DNA of 64,000 nucleotides from contig DATHJH010000042.1 of assembly GCA_035489815.1 (NCBI GenBank), positions 1,581 to 65,580 of the forward strand, read 5' to 3'. Positions 29,600-39,254 of this stretch are shown one piece after another. The stretch is from Candidatus Limnocylindria bacterium. Lineage in GTDB: Bacteria > Patescibacteriota > Saccharimonadia > Saccharimonadales > JAGQNK01. The notes under the pieces were generated by a model that was not told the DNA's origin, searched no databases, and saw only the letters and a list, made by a program, of their open reading frames with translations. The translations under genes and the position numbers were made by a program. Numbering within the stretch: position 1 is the first letter of the stretch; every line of letters begins with the position of its first letter.

Positions 29600-29941
29600 C
29601 TATCCACCCCAGTTACCAGTAAAATTGCGCATTACTCTCTCGGCCTCAACATCTGTTCTATTCTCTACCGCCATCTGAATGCCTTGTTCGTATGAAACTA
29701 CAATCTCACGGGCAATTTGCAAGGCTGCCCAGTCTAATGCCTCGGGCGTCATTACTCGATCTTCAGCTAAGGCATTCTCAAGGATACTGGTAGCATCAAC
29801 TCTGTGTTCTTCAAACCTCGCCACCATAGCACCTTCGTAGGCTGCCCGATCGTCCGAACCAAAAGCCTCTATCCAGGGCTGGACTTCACGATCGCCAATA
29901 GGACTTTGGCCTAAATTCAGTCCATCAGTTCCTTCGGTCAT
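29600..29941 (-). CDS. acidic ORFan (113 aa) embedded in the atp operon
   Basis: The ATG overlaps (ATGA) the stop of a relic copy of the atpG 3' end. The GGAGG inside that relic lies 7 nt upstream. Confidence 0.55.
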   Translation of the reverse strand: MTEGTDGLNLGQSPIGDREVQPWIEAFGSDDRAAYEGAMVARFEEHRVDATSILENALAEDRVMTPEALDWAALQIAREIVVSYEQGIQMAVENRTDVEAERVMRNFTGNWGG

Positions 29942-29947
29942 TTTATA

Positions 29948-29980
29948 GCCTCCGCGCCGCCGGTTATTTCTGCTACTTCC
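29948..29980 (-). repeat. relic duplicate of the atpG 3' end (encodes EVAEITGGAEAIK*)
   Basis: 31 of 33 nt are identical to 30552-30584, the real atpG C-terminus (ELAEITGGAEAIK*). Confidence 0.85.
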
Positions 29981-29984
29981 GGCA

Positions 29985-30545
29985 TCATGGATACAATAAC
30001 TCCTCTTTGATTTTTGCTATATCCCTGCCAACATAAATGACGTGCTTGATTTCGAACAATTCTCTAATGGCTGGAGTCATTGCAACACGCCGACTAGGAT
30101 TAGGGTGGGCAGTTTCAAAAGACTTGACCTGCAACGGGTCTGTTTGGGTAAACACTGGCTTCTCGCCTACTTCTCTGACGTGACTAATGTTGCCCACATC
30201 CCATGGGAGGGGGGAGTCGTATCGTGGGGTGTGCGGACCTACTGTAGATAACTCCGGGAAACGATCGACGACCCTCTGCTGTCTGTCGTTAAGTTTTTCA
30301 CGGCGTACTATAGGGTTGGCGTTGTACACTGCAACCACCAGAGCATGTATATCATCTCCCTCCATGACCTCATGCCATAGGCGAAGATCGTCCGAGGTGG
30401 GGTACGGAGGATTGTCAAGTGGCATGACGTCGATACCAAAGCGATTCGGTACATAGCCCGTCCAGCTCTCCATGACACTCCCATCATCTGAACGGGGGAC
30501 AGATAACGCCACGGTTACTCTTTCTGAGTCTGGAATCTTATTCAC
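29985..30545 (-). CDS. ORFan (186 aa) embedded in the atp operon, bracketed by the atpG 3'-end duplication
   Basis: GTG 30545 overlaps the atpG stop (GTGA), with GGAGG 7 nt upstream. No motif recognised. Confidence 0.55.
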   Translation of the reverse strand: MNKIPDSERVTVALSVPRSDDGSVMESWTGYVPNRFGIDVMPLDNPPYPTSDDLRLWHEVMEGDDIHALVVAVYNANPIVRREKLNDRQQRVVDRFPELSTVGPHTPRYDSPLPWDVGNISHVREVGEKPVFTQTDPLQVKSFETAHPNPSRRVAMTPAIRELFEIKHVIYVGRDIAKIKEELLYP

Positions 30546-31411
30546 TTGATGGCCTCCGCGCCGCCGGTTATTTCTGCCAGTTCCTGGGTGATTGCTGCCT
30601 GGCGGGCGGTGTTAAAGGCCAGGGTCAGGTCGTCTATCAAATCGGATGCGTTGTCGGTGGCATTTTTCATGGCCATCATGCGCATGGATTGTTCTGATGC
30701 AAAGCTCTCCAGGATAGCCTGCCAGATCTGGACCTCAATCAGCCGCAGTGCCACGCTGTCCAGCACTTCTTTGGGCGAAGGTTCCAGCGTGACATTATCC
30801 AGGCTATGGGCGTCTTCGTCGGTTTCCTCAAAACTGGCCGGCAACACCTGCAGGGCAGAAGCAATCTGGACAAGGTTGGACTTGAACTCGGTATAAAGCA
30901 GCTTGACCTCGTCCACGAATCCTTCAGCATACTGTTCTGTAATGGTATTCAGCAGTGGCCGCAGGTCATTGGCATCCGGCTGATCGCCAATGTCGTTGTA
31001 AACAGCCAATAGCTCTACGCCCTCCAGGGTGCGGACAAAGTTGGCACCTTTTTTGCCGATGGTTATGACCTTGGCGCTCACACCTTTGGCCTGGTCCTCA
31101 CGGATGGCTCGGGTTAGGCTTTTTAAAACATTGGTGTCATATGCGCCGGCCAAACCCTGGTTACTGGTGACAACCACATACAAAGCACGCTGTATGTCAC
31201 GCCTGGTAAACAGCGGATGGTCTTCTACATCTGTAATCTTGCTGAGGCGGGTCAGCAGGGAATAGGCTGCAATGCGATAATTCCGTGAACGCTGAGCAAA
31301 TTCCTGCGCCCGGCGCATTTTACTAGCCGCCACCAATTCCATGGCCTTAGTAATCTGCCGAGTGTTCTTGACTGAACCAATTCGTCGCTTCAGCGTAATC
31401 GTATTAGCCAT
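30542..31411 (-). CDS. atpG: F1 ATP synthase subunit gamma
   Basis: The ORF track gives 30542-31477. ATG 31411 yields MANTITLKRRIGSVKNTRQITKAMELVAASKMRRAQ, the canonical gamma N-terminus. The C-terminus is ...ITQELAEITGGAEAIK. Confidence 0.92.
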   Translation of the reverse strand: MANTITLKRRIGSVKNTRQITKAMELVAASKMRRAQEFAQRSRNYRIAAYSLLTRLSKITDVEDHPLFTRRDIQRALYVVVTSNQGLAGAYDTNVLKSLTRAIREDQAKGVSAKVITIGKKGANFVRTLEGVELLAVYNDIGDQPDANDLRPLLNTITEQYAEGFVDEVKLLYTEFKSNLVQIASALQVLPASFEETDEDAHSLDNVTLEPSPKEVLDSVALRLIEVQIWQAILESFASEQSMRMMAMKNATDNASDLIDDLTLAFNTARQAAITQELAEITGGAEAIK

Positions 31412-31754
31412 CAATATCTCCAGCCTGGCCGTCGATAATTCGCTGCATAAACTCAGCCAGACAGACCTCTCTGCCAATCAGAGTTCTGGTAGAAGTAAGC
31501 GTTGGGTCTGGGTCAGATGTCAAACTCCCGTCAAGCAACAGCCCGAGTACATGGCCGACATTACCCTGATTATGCGTAAGATCGTTTTCTATTGCGCCCG
31601 ACTCCACCAAGCTTACCTCAAGGATGGCCCCGAGCTGCGTGGCTAATTTGTCGTCCGGCATAACGGCAAAGTATTCTTCCATACCCGCTCTGTAAGTCTG
31701 AATGCGAGGATCTTCCCGCCAATTTTCAGCTGGTGGTTGCATGGGACTTGTCAC
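31404..31754 (-). CDS. acidic ORFan (116 aa) between atpA and atpG
   Basis: GTG 31754 lies 2 nt after the atpA stop (an internal ATG is at 31742). Its stop overlaps the atpG start by 8 nt. No motif recognised. Confidence 0.5.
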   Translation of the reverse strand: MTSPMQPPAENWREDPRIQTYRAGMEEYFAVMPDDKLATQLGAILEVSLVESGAIENDLTHNQGNVGHVLGLLLDGSLTSDPDPTLTSTRTLIGREVCLAEFMQRIIDGQAGDIDG

Positions 31755-31756
31755 GA

Positions 31757-33334
31757 TTACTTATTTGCCTTTGCTTTCATATCCTTAACTGGTTCTTCAT
31801 GAATATAGCTGGCGGCTACTTTTTGGGCGGTGTCCAGGATGGTTTTCTTACCTTCGTCGTCAGGAGCGTCACCTTTGTTCAGATTAGCAACCAGTTTCTT
31901 TTGTTCGTTCTTGAGTTCGCGCAGCAGGTTGGCCTCTGCTGTTTTGACCTTATCGAGTGGTACTTTGTCGAATGCCCCTTCGATAGCTGCGTACAGTACC
32001 GCGTACATTTCCCAGACGCTGAGGGGGCTGAACTGCGGTTGTTTGAGCAGTTCGGTCAACCGCTGGCCGCGTTCAATGCGCTGGCGGGTGTCAGCATCCA
32101 AGTCGGTAGAGAACTGGCTAAAGGCAGCTAGTTCGCGGAACTGGGCCAGGTCTACACGCAGACCCTTGGACACGCTTTTGACAGCCCTGGTCTGGGCATT
32201 GCCACCCACACGGGACACAGACAGGCCAACAGAAATAGCTGGGCGAATACCCTGGTAGAACAGGTTAGTCTCGAAGAAAATCTGACCGTCGGTAATGGAA
32301 ATCACGTTGGTCGGGATGTAGGCACTAATATCACCCGCCTGGGTTTCGATGATTGGCAGGGCAGTCAGGGAACCGGCCCCCAGGTCGTCAGACAATTTGG
32401 CTGCCCGTTCCAGCAGGCGTGAGTGCAGGTAAAAGACATCACCCGGATAGGCCTCTCGCCCGGGTGGGCGGCGCAGCAGGAGGGACATTTGTCGATAGGC
32501 GGCGGCATGCTTGGACAGATCGTCATAGATGATCAGGGAGTGTTGTTTGTTATCGCGGAAATATTCACCCATGGCTGAACCGGCATAGGGGGCCAGGTAC
32601 TGTAAACTGGCCGGGTCGGCGGCAGACGTCGCAACCACAATGGTCTGGTCCATGACGCCTTCGCGCTTGAGGCGCTCTACCAAACGTGCGACTTTGCTCA
32701 GTTTCTGGCCAATGGCTACATATATATTAATGACGCCGGTTTCCTGGCGGTGCTGGTTGATCATGGTATCTACCGCCACGGCTGTTTTACCGGTCTGACG
32801 GTCACCAATCAGCAACTCTCGCTGGCCGCGGCCAATCGGCACCATGGCGTCTATGGCAGTGATGCCTGTCATAAGTGGTTCATGCACGCTCTTGCGGTCC
32901 AGCACGCCGGGGGCGGGGCGTTCCACACGGCTGGTCCGGGTGGTTTTGATTGCACCCTTGCCGTCCAACGGCTGGCCAAGCGGGTTGACCACACGGCCGA
33001 CGAGCTCTGGACCTACTGGCACTTCCAGCACCTTGCCAGTCAGCTTTGCCTTGGCACCGGCTTTGACGACAACGTCATCACCCAGCAGCACCGCGCCGAT
33101 CTCGTCCTCACCCAGATTAAAGGCAAAAGCCGTTACTGCTACGCCGTCAGTAGCCTCTAGCTCTATCATTTCCGAGTAGCCGCAGGTGGTCAGGCCGTAA
33201 ATCCAGGCCACGCCGTCACCAACACGCGTTACCACACCAACGTTTTCTATTTCCGGCCGGGACTTTAGCTGGGTAATAGCCGCGCGGATGTCTTCTGATA
33301 ATTCTTTGATGGAGATATTGTCCATGGAGCTCAT
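31757..33334 (-). CDS. atpA: F1 ATP synthase subunit alpha
   Basis: GDRQTGKTA (Walker A) is present, and the sequence looks alpha-subunit-like along its full length (525 aa). Confidence 0.97.
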   Translation of the reverse strand: MSSMDNISIKELSEDIRAAITQLKSRPEIENVGVVTRVGDGVAWIYGLTTCGYSEMIELEATDGVAVTAFAFNLGEDEIGAVLLGDDVVVKAGAKAKLTGKVLEVPVGPELVGRVVNPLGQPLDGKGAIKTTRTSRVERPAPGVLDRKSVHEPLMTGITAIDAMVPIGRGQRELLIGDRQTGKTAVAVDTMINQHRQETGVINIYVAIGQKLSKVARLVERLKREGVMDQTIVVATSAADPASLQYLAPYAGSAMGEYFRDNKQHSLIIYDDLSKHAAAYRQMSLLLRRPPGREAYPGDVFYLHSRLLERAAKLSDDLGAGSLTALPIIETQAGDISAYIPTNVISITDGQIFFETNLFYQGIRPAISVGLSVSRVGGNAQTRAVKSVSKGLRVDLAQFRELAAFSQFSTDLDADTRQRIERGQRLTELLKQPQFSPLSVWEMYAVLYAAIEGAFDKVPLDKVKTAEANLLRELKNEQKKLVANLNKGDAPDDEGKKTILDTAQKVAASYIHEEPVKDMKAKANK

Positions 33335-33345
33335 AATTTTGTACT

Positions 33346-33747
33346 TTATTCCTTAATGTTCGCCGTCAGGCGCTTAAACGCATCCAGTCTATCCTTGATC
33401 GTCAAATCCAGCTGTTCATTGGCCATCTGCAACCGGACACCGCCGACCACCGATGGATCCTTGCGGCTAATAATATGCACTGACTTGGCCTTGGGGTGTT
33501 CCTTCTTTAGGATTGCCTCCAGATCGCGGATGACATCATCACTCAGGTCATGAGCGCTAACCGCCACTGCCTCAACCACCCCATGCTGAGCCCGGTACTC
33601 CATGATGTCACGGATGAGGGACTCCAGATCGTCAGTGTCGTGAGTATCCAACAGGTAAGCCGCCACGGCTTTGGCCAATTTCTTAGAATCGTGCACCTGC
33701 AAGGTGCGTTCTCCAATAACTTCGGCCAGGTGGCGACGGGATATCAT
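33346..33747 (-). CDS. atpH: F1 ATP synthase subunit delta (OSCP-like, short)
   Basis: Lies between the b and alpha genes. C-terminal [25 protein letters not shown] is typical of delta. At 133 aa it is shorter than usual. Confidence 0.75.
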   Translation of the reverse strand: MISRRHLAEVIGERTLQVHDSKKLAKAVAAYLLDTHDTDDLESLIRDIMEYRAQHGVVEAVAVSAHDLSDDVIRDLEAILKKEHPKAKSVHIISRKDPSVVGGVRLQMANEQLDLTIKDRLDAFKRLTANIKE

Positions 33748-33750
33748 ATG

Positions 33751-34317
33751 TTACGACTTGCGCTTTCGGATGACTTTTTCAATAATTTCTGCGTCTTTTT
33801 TGGGGTCGACCTTTTCCCCAACGATCGCTTCAGTGGCTTCTGACACCAGACTCACTATATCTTTTTCAAGCTTGCGCTTGGCAGCTTCGGTTTCTTCGTG
33901 AATGCGGGCTTCTGCATCTGCCAGCATGGCCTCTGCTTTGCGATTAGAAGCCTTTTCGGCGTCACGCAGGACTTCCCGGGCTTCTTTGTGGCCGCCTGCG
34001 ATGATGCGGTCGGCCTCGTGACGGGCCTCGCGGGTAATCCGGGCGGCCTCCTGGTCCATCTTTTCTCGCTGACGCTCCAATTTCTGGCCCAAGCGCACGC
34101 CGTCATCAATGGTCTGGCGGCGCTTCTCCAGCATGGCGCCGATGGGCTTGAAAGCAAATTTCTTCAGCAGCAGAAAGACAAAGACAAAGGTAATCAACTG
34201 GATCAGAAAAGCCGAGCCGCTGACGCCCAAGGCACCAAGCCCGGTGGCTTCTTCGGTGTGACCCGCCGCCTCTTCAGCCGCGTGGGCCGCTTCTGCTGCA
34301 AATAGTGCTAAATACAT
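33751..34317 (-). CDS. atpF: Fo ATP synthase subunit b
   Basis: A single N-terminal TM helix (FLIQLITFVFVFLLL) is followed by a long, highly charged helix. The position in the operon fits. Confidence 0.85.
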   Translation of the reverse strand: MYLALFAAEAAHAAEEAAGHTEEATGLGALGVSGSAFLIQLITFVFVFLLLKKFAFKPIGAMLEKRRQTIDDGVRLGQKLERQREKMDQEAARITREARHEADRIIAGGHKEAREVLRDAEKASNRKAEAMLADAEARIHEETEAAKRKLEKDIVSLVSEATEAIVGEKVDPKKDAEIIEKVIRKRKS

Positions 34318-34337
34318 GTACTACTATTGTTCCTTGC

Positions 34338-34544
34338 TTAGATGATAAATAGAGAGGCGAATACCAGCAGCGCCATCAGCTCGACGATACCAATGATGAC
34401 CAAAATCTGGCCCAAATATTTGCTGGCCTCCGGGTTGCGGCCAACAGCATTCATGAATGACGAACCAATCAGGCCAATGCCAATAGCCGGGCCCAGCATT
34501 CCAAAACCCATCATAATGCCTTTGGCGAGTACTTCTGTATCCAT
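34338..34544 (-). CDS. atpE: Fo ATP synthase subunit c
   Basis: 68-aa helical hairpin with a GRNPE loop and the conserved carboxylate in GIVELMAL. Confidence 0.92.
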   Translation of the reverse strand: MDTEVLAKGIMMGFGMLGPAIGIGLIGSSFMNAVGRNPEASKYLGQILVIIGIVELMALLVFASLFII

Positions 34545-34598
34545 TTTGTTATATCTCCTTCGTTGATTACTTACTTAAACTTATGATTGCTATCTTCT

Positions 34599-35420
34599 TC
34601 AGGCTGCGACTGCCGCAGGCTCTTCATGATCCTCGGCGGCGTGGTCCTCACCGTGTTTAATGGCAACAGAGAGATAGGTCATACTCAGCATTACAAATAT
34701 ATAGGCCTGCAGTCCGCCTACCGCCAGTTCCAGCATGACGAACGGCAGGGAAGTGATCGGCGCCGCAAAGCTGCCCAGGTAGGTGAACACCGAAATGATG
34801 ACTTCGCCAATAGTGACATTCAAAAAGAGTCGTAGCGCCAGGCTGAATACCCGGATAAGTTCAGACAGCATTTCAAAGACGCCCAAAAAAAGCGTCAGCG
34901 GATTTTTCAGACTGCCGTTGAAATAGTGGCTGAGGTGTTTGAAGAACCCGGACTCTTTGATGGCAAAGTACTGTACCAGGGTCATAACAACCGCTGCCGC
35001 GGCCAGGGTGCCGTTCAAATCAGCAGTAAAGGGACGGAAAACCGGACTGCCATCTTTAGTCAATGCCTCACCCACGCCGGGCAACAATCCCAGCCAGTTA
35101 GAAAACATAATAAAGAAAAAGAAGGTCACAAAATACGGCGCGTACTGCAGGGCTTTTTTGCGCGAACCAAGCGAAGAAGTCATTTGATTCGTGATAAAAT
35201 CGCTGCCAATTTCCAAAAACTGTGTAAAGCCCCTCTTGGGGTGCAAGCTCACCCTGCGGACAACCAGGATAAAAACCACCAAAATGACAAACGAGCTTAT
35301 CCAGCCGTACAGCATAGAGTTGGTGATAGTGAAACCGCCAACCTCAAACAGAGTGCCAGGCGTAATGTGGACCGTCGGGCCCGAACTTTCTGCAGCAAAT
35401 TGTCTCATTAAACTAAACAC
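34599..35420 (-). CDS. atpB: Fo ATP synthase subunit a
   Basis: Polytopic protein. LALRLFLNVTIGE contains the conserved stator arginine. Confidence 0.9.
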   Translation of the reverse strand: MFSLMRQFAAESSGPTVHITPGTLFEVGGFTITNSMLYGWISSFVILVVFILVVRRVSLHPKRGFTQFLEIGSDFITNQMTSSLGSRKKALQYAPYFVTFFFFIMFSNWLGLLPGVGEALTKDGSPVFRPFTADLNGTLAAAAVVMTLVQYFAIKESGFFKHLSHYFNGSLKNPLTLFLGVFEMLSELIRVFSLALRLFLNVTIGEVIISVFTYLGSFAAPITSLPFVMLELAVGGLQAYIFVMLSMTYLSVAIKHGEDHAAEDHEEPAAVAA

Positions 35421-35739
35421 GTTTTCTTTTGCTTCCTTTCGCGTCCTCTTCGGCTTGGAGTTTATTCACGCCTTTGACAGTGTTCCATACCACAGTACAA
35501 GCTGCAAATGCCGCCAGAAAAAACCCTGCCAGGGTAAGCGACGGGGAAGTATCAAGCTTTTGGTCCAACTTCACCCCGGCCACCACCGGAATCACTACGG
35601 TCAAGGCAAGCTGCCAGCTCATAGTAAGCGCTGCAGTAAAAAACTGTTGCCTTGCATTAAAAGTATCTAAAGCCTGCTGAATGTCATCTCCAGGCTTATT
35701 CGATCTAGTCGTCGTCTTCCTGGCGGCGGCTTTTCCCAT
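35413..35739 (-). CDS. AtpZ/AtpI-like small membrane protein
   Basis: 108 aa with two hydrophobic helices. It is the first gene of the atp operon and overlaps the atpB start by 8 nt. Confidence 0.5.
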   Translation of the reverse strand: MGKAAARKTTTRSNKPGDDIQQALDTFNARQQFFTAALTMSWQLALTVVIPVVAGVKLDQKLDTSPSLTLAGFFLAAFAACTVVWNTVKGVNKLQAEEDAKGSKRKRV

Positions 35740-35802
35740 ATAGTGCGGATTATAACAGGGAAGCTAAGGTGTCGCAACAGTAAAATGGTATAATTCAGTT
35801 AT

Positions 35803-35991
35803 ATGCTTCTGCGCCTTTTTGCACACAACGGGATTGACCATGCAACCCATATGGAAGCCGCTGCTCACCAATCTAACCCCACCCTGGTGTGGGTGACTGT
35901 GGTAGTCGGTATAACTGCGGCCCTGGTATACACCATCAAAAGATCCCGGGGCAGTCGACAGGCCGAAGAAGTAGAAGAGGATGAAGAATGA
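35803..35991 (+). CDS. small membrane protein (62 aa) with an acidic tail
   Basis: One TM helix (LVWVTVVVGITAALVYTI). The stop overlaps the next start (ATGA). Confidence 0.4.
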   Translation: MLLRLFAHNGIDHATHMEAAAHQSNPTLVWVTVVVGITAALVYTIKRSRGSRQAEEVEEDEE

Positions 35992-36230
35992 AAGTTATCA
36001 TCTACACAACTACCTGGTGTGGTTTTTGCCAGATGGCCAAAAAGTACATGAGTCAACTGGGCATCGACTATGAGGAAAAAGACGTAGAGCGTGATCCGGC
36101 GGCCGCCAATGAGGCTGTCCAGAAATCCGGCCAAATGGGCGTTCCGATCATTGATGTCAACGGCACCATAATTATCGGCTTTGACAAACCCCGCCTGGAT
36201 CAAGCCTTTACTGCAAATAACCTGGCATAG
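35988..36230 (+). CDS. glutaredoxin-like (NrdH/Grx family) protein
   Basis: The CGFC redox motif sits in KVIIYTTTWCGFCQMAKKYM, and VPIIDVNGTIIIGF supplies the cis-Pro region. Confidence 0.85.
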   Translation: MKVIIYTTTWCGFCQMAKKYMSQLGIDYEEKDVERDPAAANEAVQKSGQMGVPIIDVNGTIIIGFDKPRLDQAFTANNLA

Positions 36231-36296
36231 TAATTGCATCTAGCGTATTGCGCTGGTGCCTATACACTATATATACTGTACCCAGGGGACAATTCT

Positions 36297-36953
36297 ATGG
36301 AACAGAATGAAGAGTTACCAGAGCAAGGTGCTGCGGGGGTGCTGGACACTCAAACGCCACATGACGAAACAGAAGGGCCACAAGGGCCTTTTTTTGACCC
36401 TGCGGCCATACTAAGCGAGGTGGTAGTCCAGGCCGTAGCGCACCGGGGACCTTGGAGTGGAGTCCCCTTCAGGTTTCAGGAAACAAATCAGAACTTTGTA
36501 GATAATGGCGTCGTAACGCCAACCCGGGAAACCCGGGTCCGTGCCGTGGTAAATGCCGTCAGAGCACTTGCCCCGGACAGCGTTGAGGCCCCGCCCGGGT
36601 CAAGTTCTGCGGCAGTTCGTGATAAAACTGCAAAGTTTCTGGCAGCCCTGGTTTCCGTAGACGGAGAGCCGGTACCTCGTCCGAGCTTACTCGACCCCGC
36701 TCTTGCCATTGAGCGAACATGGCAAGAGCTTAAGTTGCAGTTTGACCCGGTTACCCAAGCCTTCAGAGATGTTGCGTACACCTACCAGGACAGGCTAACC
36801 CCCTTAGAATTAGATCAGCTTAGGATGGATCTGGTGCTGACTACCAAAGGTGAAACCTTAAGGACCGTATACAATGAATTCGTCAAAAGGTATCGGCAGC
36901 AGCACGTCATCATAGACTTAAGAGAGACAAAAGGACCAGACCCTTCCGGGTAG
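36297..36953 (+). CDS. hypothetical protein (218 aa)
   Basis: The ORF track gives 36234-36953. ATG 36297 (MEQNEELPEQG) is preceded by AGGGGA. No motif recognised. Confidence 0.45.
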   Translation: MEQNEELPEQGAAGVLDTQTPHDETEGPQGPFFDPAAILSEVVVQAVAHRGPWSGVPFRFQETNQNFVDNGVVTPTRETRVRAVVNAVRALAPDSVEAPPGSSSAAVRDKTAKFLAALVSVDGEPVPRPSLLDPALAIERTWQELKLQFDPVTQAFRDVAYTYQDRLTPLELDQLRMDLVLTTKGETLRTVYNEFVKRYRQQHVIIDLRETKGPDPSG

Positions 36954-36984
36954 GGACATGGGTTTATGCTAGGGTGAATATACT

Positions 36985-37554
36985 ATGGCGTTTGAAGACT
37001 ACAAAACCAAAGATTCCGTGGTGATTGTCTATACGGGGGAGGGCAAAGGCAAAACCAGCGCTGCCGTGGGGCTCATGGCCCGAGCCCTGGGTAACCGCTG
37101 GAAGGTAGCATTTATTCAGTTCATCAAATACTGGGGCGTGGGGGAACACGTTTTCATCCGAGACATTATGCCTATGTATGAAGATGACTTGTTTTTTTAC
37201 AAAGGCGGCAAAGGCTTTTACCAGGCTGGCGATCTGAGCGAACAGCACATCACCGAAGATCAACACAAACAGGCAGCACAAGACACCTACGACATAGCGC
37301 TGGAATGTGTCAGCAGCGGCAATTACAACCTGGTCATTTGCGACGAGATCAACAATGCCGTGCACGACGGCCTGTTGGCAGAAAAACAGCTGGAAAAACT
37401 ATTTGCCAAACGTCACAAAAACACCAGCCTCTGCCTGACCGGCCGCGACTTCCCGGAAAAGTTGCTAAAACATGTAGATATAGCCACCGACATGACCAAA
37501 ATTAAACACCACTTCGACGACAAGTTCTTGGCTAATAAAGGTATCGATTTCTAA
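36985..37554 (+). CDS. CobA/BtuR-type ATP:corrinoid adenosyltransferase-like P-loop protein
   Basis: VYTGEGKGKTSAAVGLMARALG and LVICDEINNAV match the CobA/CobO family pattern. Confidence 0.75.
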   Translation: MAFEDYKTKDSVVIVYTGEGKGKTSAAVGLMARALGNRWKVAFIQFIKYWGVGEHVFIRDIMPMYEDDLFFYKGGKGFYQAGDLSEQHITEDQHKQAAQDTYDIALECVSSGNYNLVICDEINNAVHDGLLAEKQLEKLFAKRHKNTSLCLTGRDFPEKLLKHVDIATDMTKIKHHFDDKFLANKGIDF

Positions 37555-37570
37555 AAAATCACCCTAAAAC

Positions 37571-37597
37571 CTGCTATAGGGTACGACCCTATAGCAG
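37571..37597 (+). terminator. perfect 11-bp hairpin after the adenosyltransferase-like gene (no T-tract)
   Basis: ctgctataggg tacga ccctatagcag lies 17 nt after the stop. Because a U-tract is missing, its terminator function is uncertain. Confidence 0.3.
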
Positions 37598-37605
37598 AGA
37601 AGGGC

Positions 37606-37635
37606 TTGACGGGCTAAAGCCTGATTTTTTATATT
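37606..37635 (+). promoter_or_regulatory. sigma-70-type promoter candidate for hsp20
   Basis: TTGACG (37606-11), an 18-nt spacer, then TATATT (37630-35). This lies about 55 nt upstream of ATG 37690. Confidence 0.45.
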
Positions 37636-37689
37636 TTTTATGGGGGATTACCCTTATGATTAAAAAGGTAAGTGGTAAGGAGGTATTTT

Positions 37690-38142
37690 ATGAATGGACT
37701 TACAAATTTTGATCCTTTTGGCCAAATGCGGGCGTTACAAAAACAATTTTTTGACGATGACCGGGACAGCTGGTTTACACCTATCAAAGGCCTGCAGTTG
37801 GCCACCACAGATGTATATACCAAGGGCAACCAACTGCTGATTGAGGCGCACTTGCCCAACTTTGCAGACAAAGACGTGGAAGTCAGTGTAGACAACGGTG
37901 TCCTGGAAATCCGTGCCGAAAAGCGCGAAAAAGAAGAGGACAAGGACAAAAAGTACGTTATGCGCGAAAGTTCATCCAGCTTCTACCGCCGGCTGCGGTT
38001 GCCTGATCGGGCTGATGCCGGCAAAGTGGAAGCCCATATGGAAAACGGCATATTGAAAGTTACTGTACCACTGAAAGAATTGCCAGAACCCAAGCGTATT
38101 CAAATTAAAGCCGGCAGCAAGGGTAAGAACGGCAAAAAGTAA
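37690..38142 (+). CDS. Hsp20/alpha-crystallin small heat-shock protein
   Basis: TAAGGAGG precedes ATG 37690. The alpha-crystallin core is visible (DVYTKGNQLLIEAHLPNFADKDVEVSVDNGVLEIRAEK...SFYRRLRLP...GILKVTVP). Confidence 0.9.
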   Translation: MNGLTNFDPFGQMRALQKQFFDDDRDSWFTPIKGLQLATTDVYTKGNQLLIEAHLPNFADKDVEVSVDNGVLEIRAEKREKEEDKDKKYVMRESSSSFYRRLRLPDRADAGKVEAHMENGILKVTVPLKELPEPKRIQIKAGSKGKNGKK

Positions 38143-38167
38143 TCCGGCGGCGTGCTAGACTGGGCTT

Positions 38168-38680
38168 ATGCCACAAAAGCCCAGTCTATATATGCTGTTT
38201 GGCTATCCGGGAGCGGGGAAGACGACTGCCGCTGAGGTTATCAGCCAACTGACCGGCGCAGTGCTCTTGTCGTCAGACAAAGTCCGGCTGGAGCTATTTC
38301 CGCAGCCCACCTTCAGCCAGCTGGAACATGACGCCTTGTACTTAACCCTTGACGCCCGCACCGAGGAGCTCCTCAGAGCCGGCAAAAGCGTTATCTACGA
38401 CGCCAACCTTAACCGCTACCAGCATCGCAAGGACAAGTACGACATCTGTCGCCGGACCAGGGCGGTACCCCAACTACTCTGGGTACAAGCCAGACGGGAC
38501 CTGGCAAAGGACCGGGCCGTGCACGAAAGCCGTCAGCGCCTCTGGCCGGCAGGCGAAACACCGGACAAAATGTTTGACCGTATTGCCGACATCATTGAAG
38601 AGCCGGGTCCCGGCGAACCGTATATAGCCATAGACGGCACAAAAGTAACGTCCGCCTACTTACAACCCCTTTTAGTTTAG
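38168..38680 (+). CDS. P-loop kinase-like ATPase (AAA_33-like)
   Basis: The Walker A motif lies in MLFGYPGAGKTTAAE. The size (170 aa) fits small nucleotide or sugar kinases. Confidence 0.6.
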   Translation: MPQKPSLYMLFGYPGAGKTTAAEVISQLTGAVLLSSDKVRLELFPQPTFSQLEHDALYLTLDARTEELLRAGKSVIYDANLNRYQHRKDKYDICRRTRAVPQLLWVQARRDLAKDRAVHESRQRLWPAGETPDKMFDRIADIIEEPGPGEPYIAIDGTKVTSAYLQPLLV

Positions 38681-39142
38681 AGGGTCGTCTTGGAAAGAAG
38701 CCGAGACATTGGCCCGATCTGTGTGTGCTTTTCTTGCCATAATCGCCGCTGCGCCGACACCCAGAAGCAGGATGCCTCCTCCTAACCAGGAAAGAGTATT
38801 TGTGTCCTTTGCACTGTCCGGCAATTCCGGGCCGTCCGACGGAACAACTGCGTGCGAATCCAAATAGGCTTGGGAGTAATAATCTTCACACTCGCGTAAT
38901 GGCAGCTCTCTTTGCTCGCACACTTCCCGAGGAACGGGTCCGCCCGCCAGTTCTGCGGACTCAGTCGCGGAAATAAAGGTAAGGCTTGCAAGACTATCCG
39001 GGCTGTCTGGATCCGTACCTACGTCCGTGACGGTATTAGTGTAAATGTTTAGAACTTTTATGCAGTCTCCGGTATCCGCTAGTCCAATACACATTTCCGC
39101 GGGATCAGGGAAGGTTGCGTTATATGGAGTATGAGCTGACAT
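38672..39142 (-). CDS. hypothetical protein with a C-terminal TM anchor
   Basis: The ORF has an acidic ectodomain-like body followed by LGGGILLLGVGAAAIMA. No family recognised. Confidence 0.4.
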   Translation of the reverse strand: MSAHTPYNATFPDPAEMCIGLADTGDCIKVLNIYTNTVTDVGTDPDSPDSLASLTFISATESAELAGGPVPREVCEQRELPLRECEDYYSQAYLDSHAVVPSDGPELPDSAKDTNTLSWLGGGILLLGVGAAAIMARKAHTDRANVSASFQDDPLN

Positions 39143-39254
39143 ATTTTTGCCTTCTTGTTATTTTCTGATTTTATTATACCGCAATTTGCTTCACATAGTA
39201 AACTGCTTCATCCTTTCGCCAAACAAATGAGCTTGTTGCTGTAAAATACTGCTT

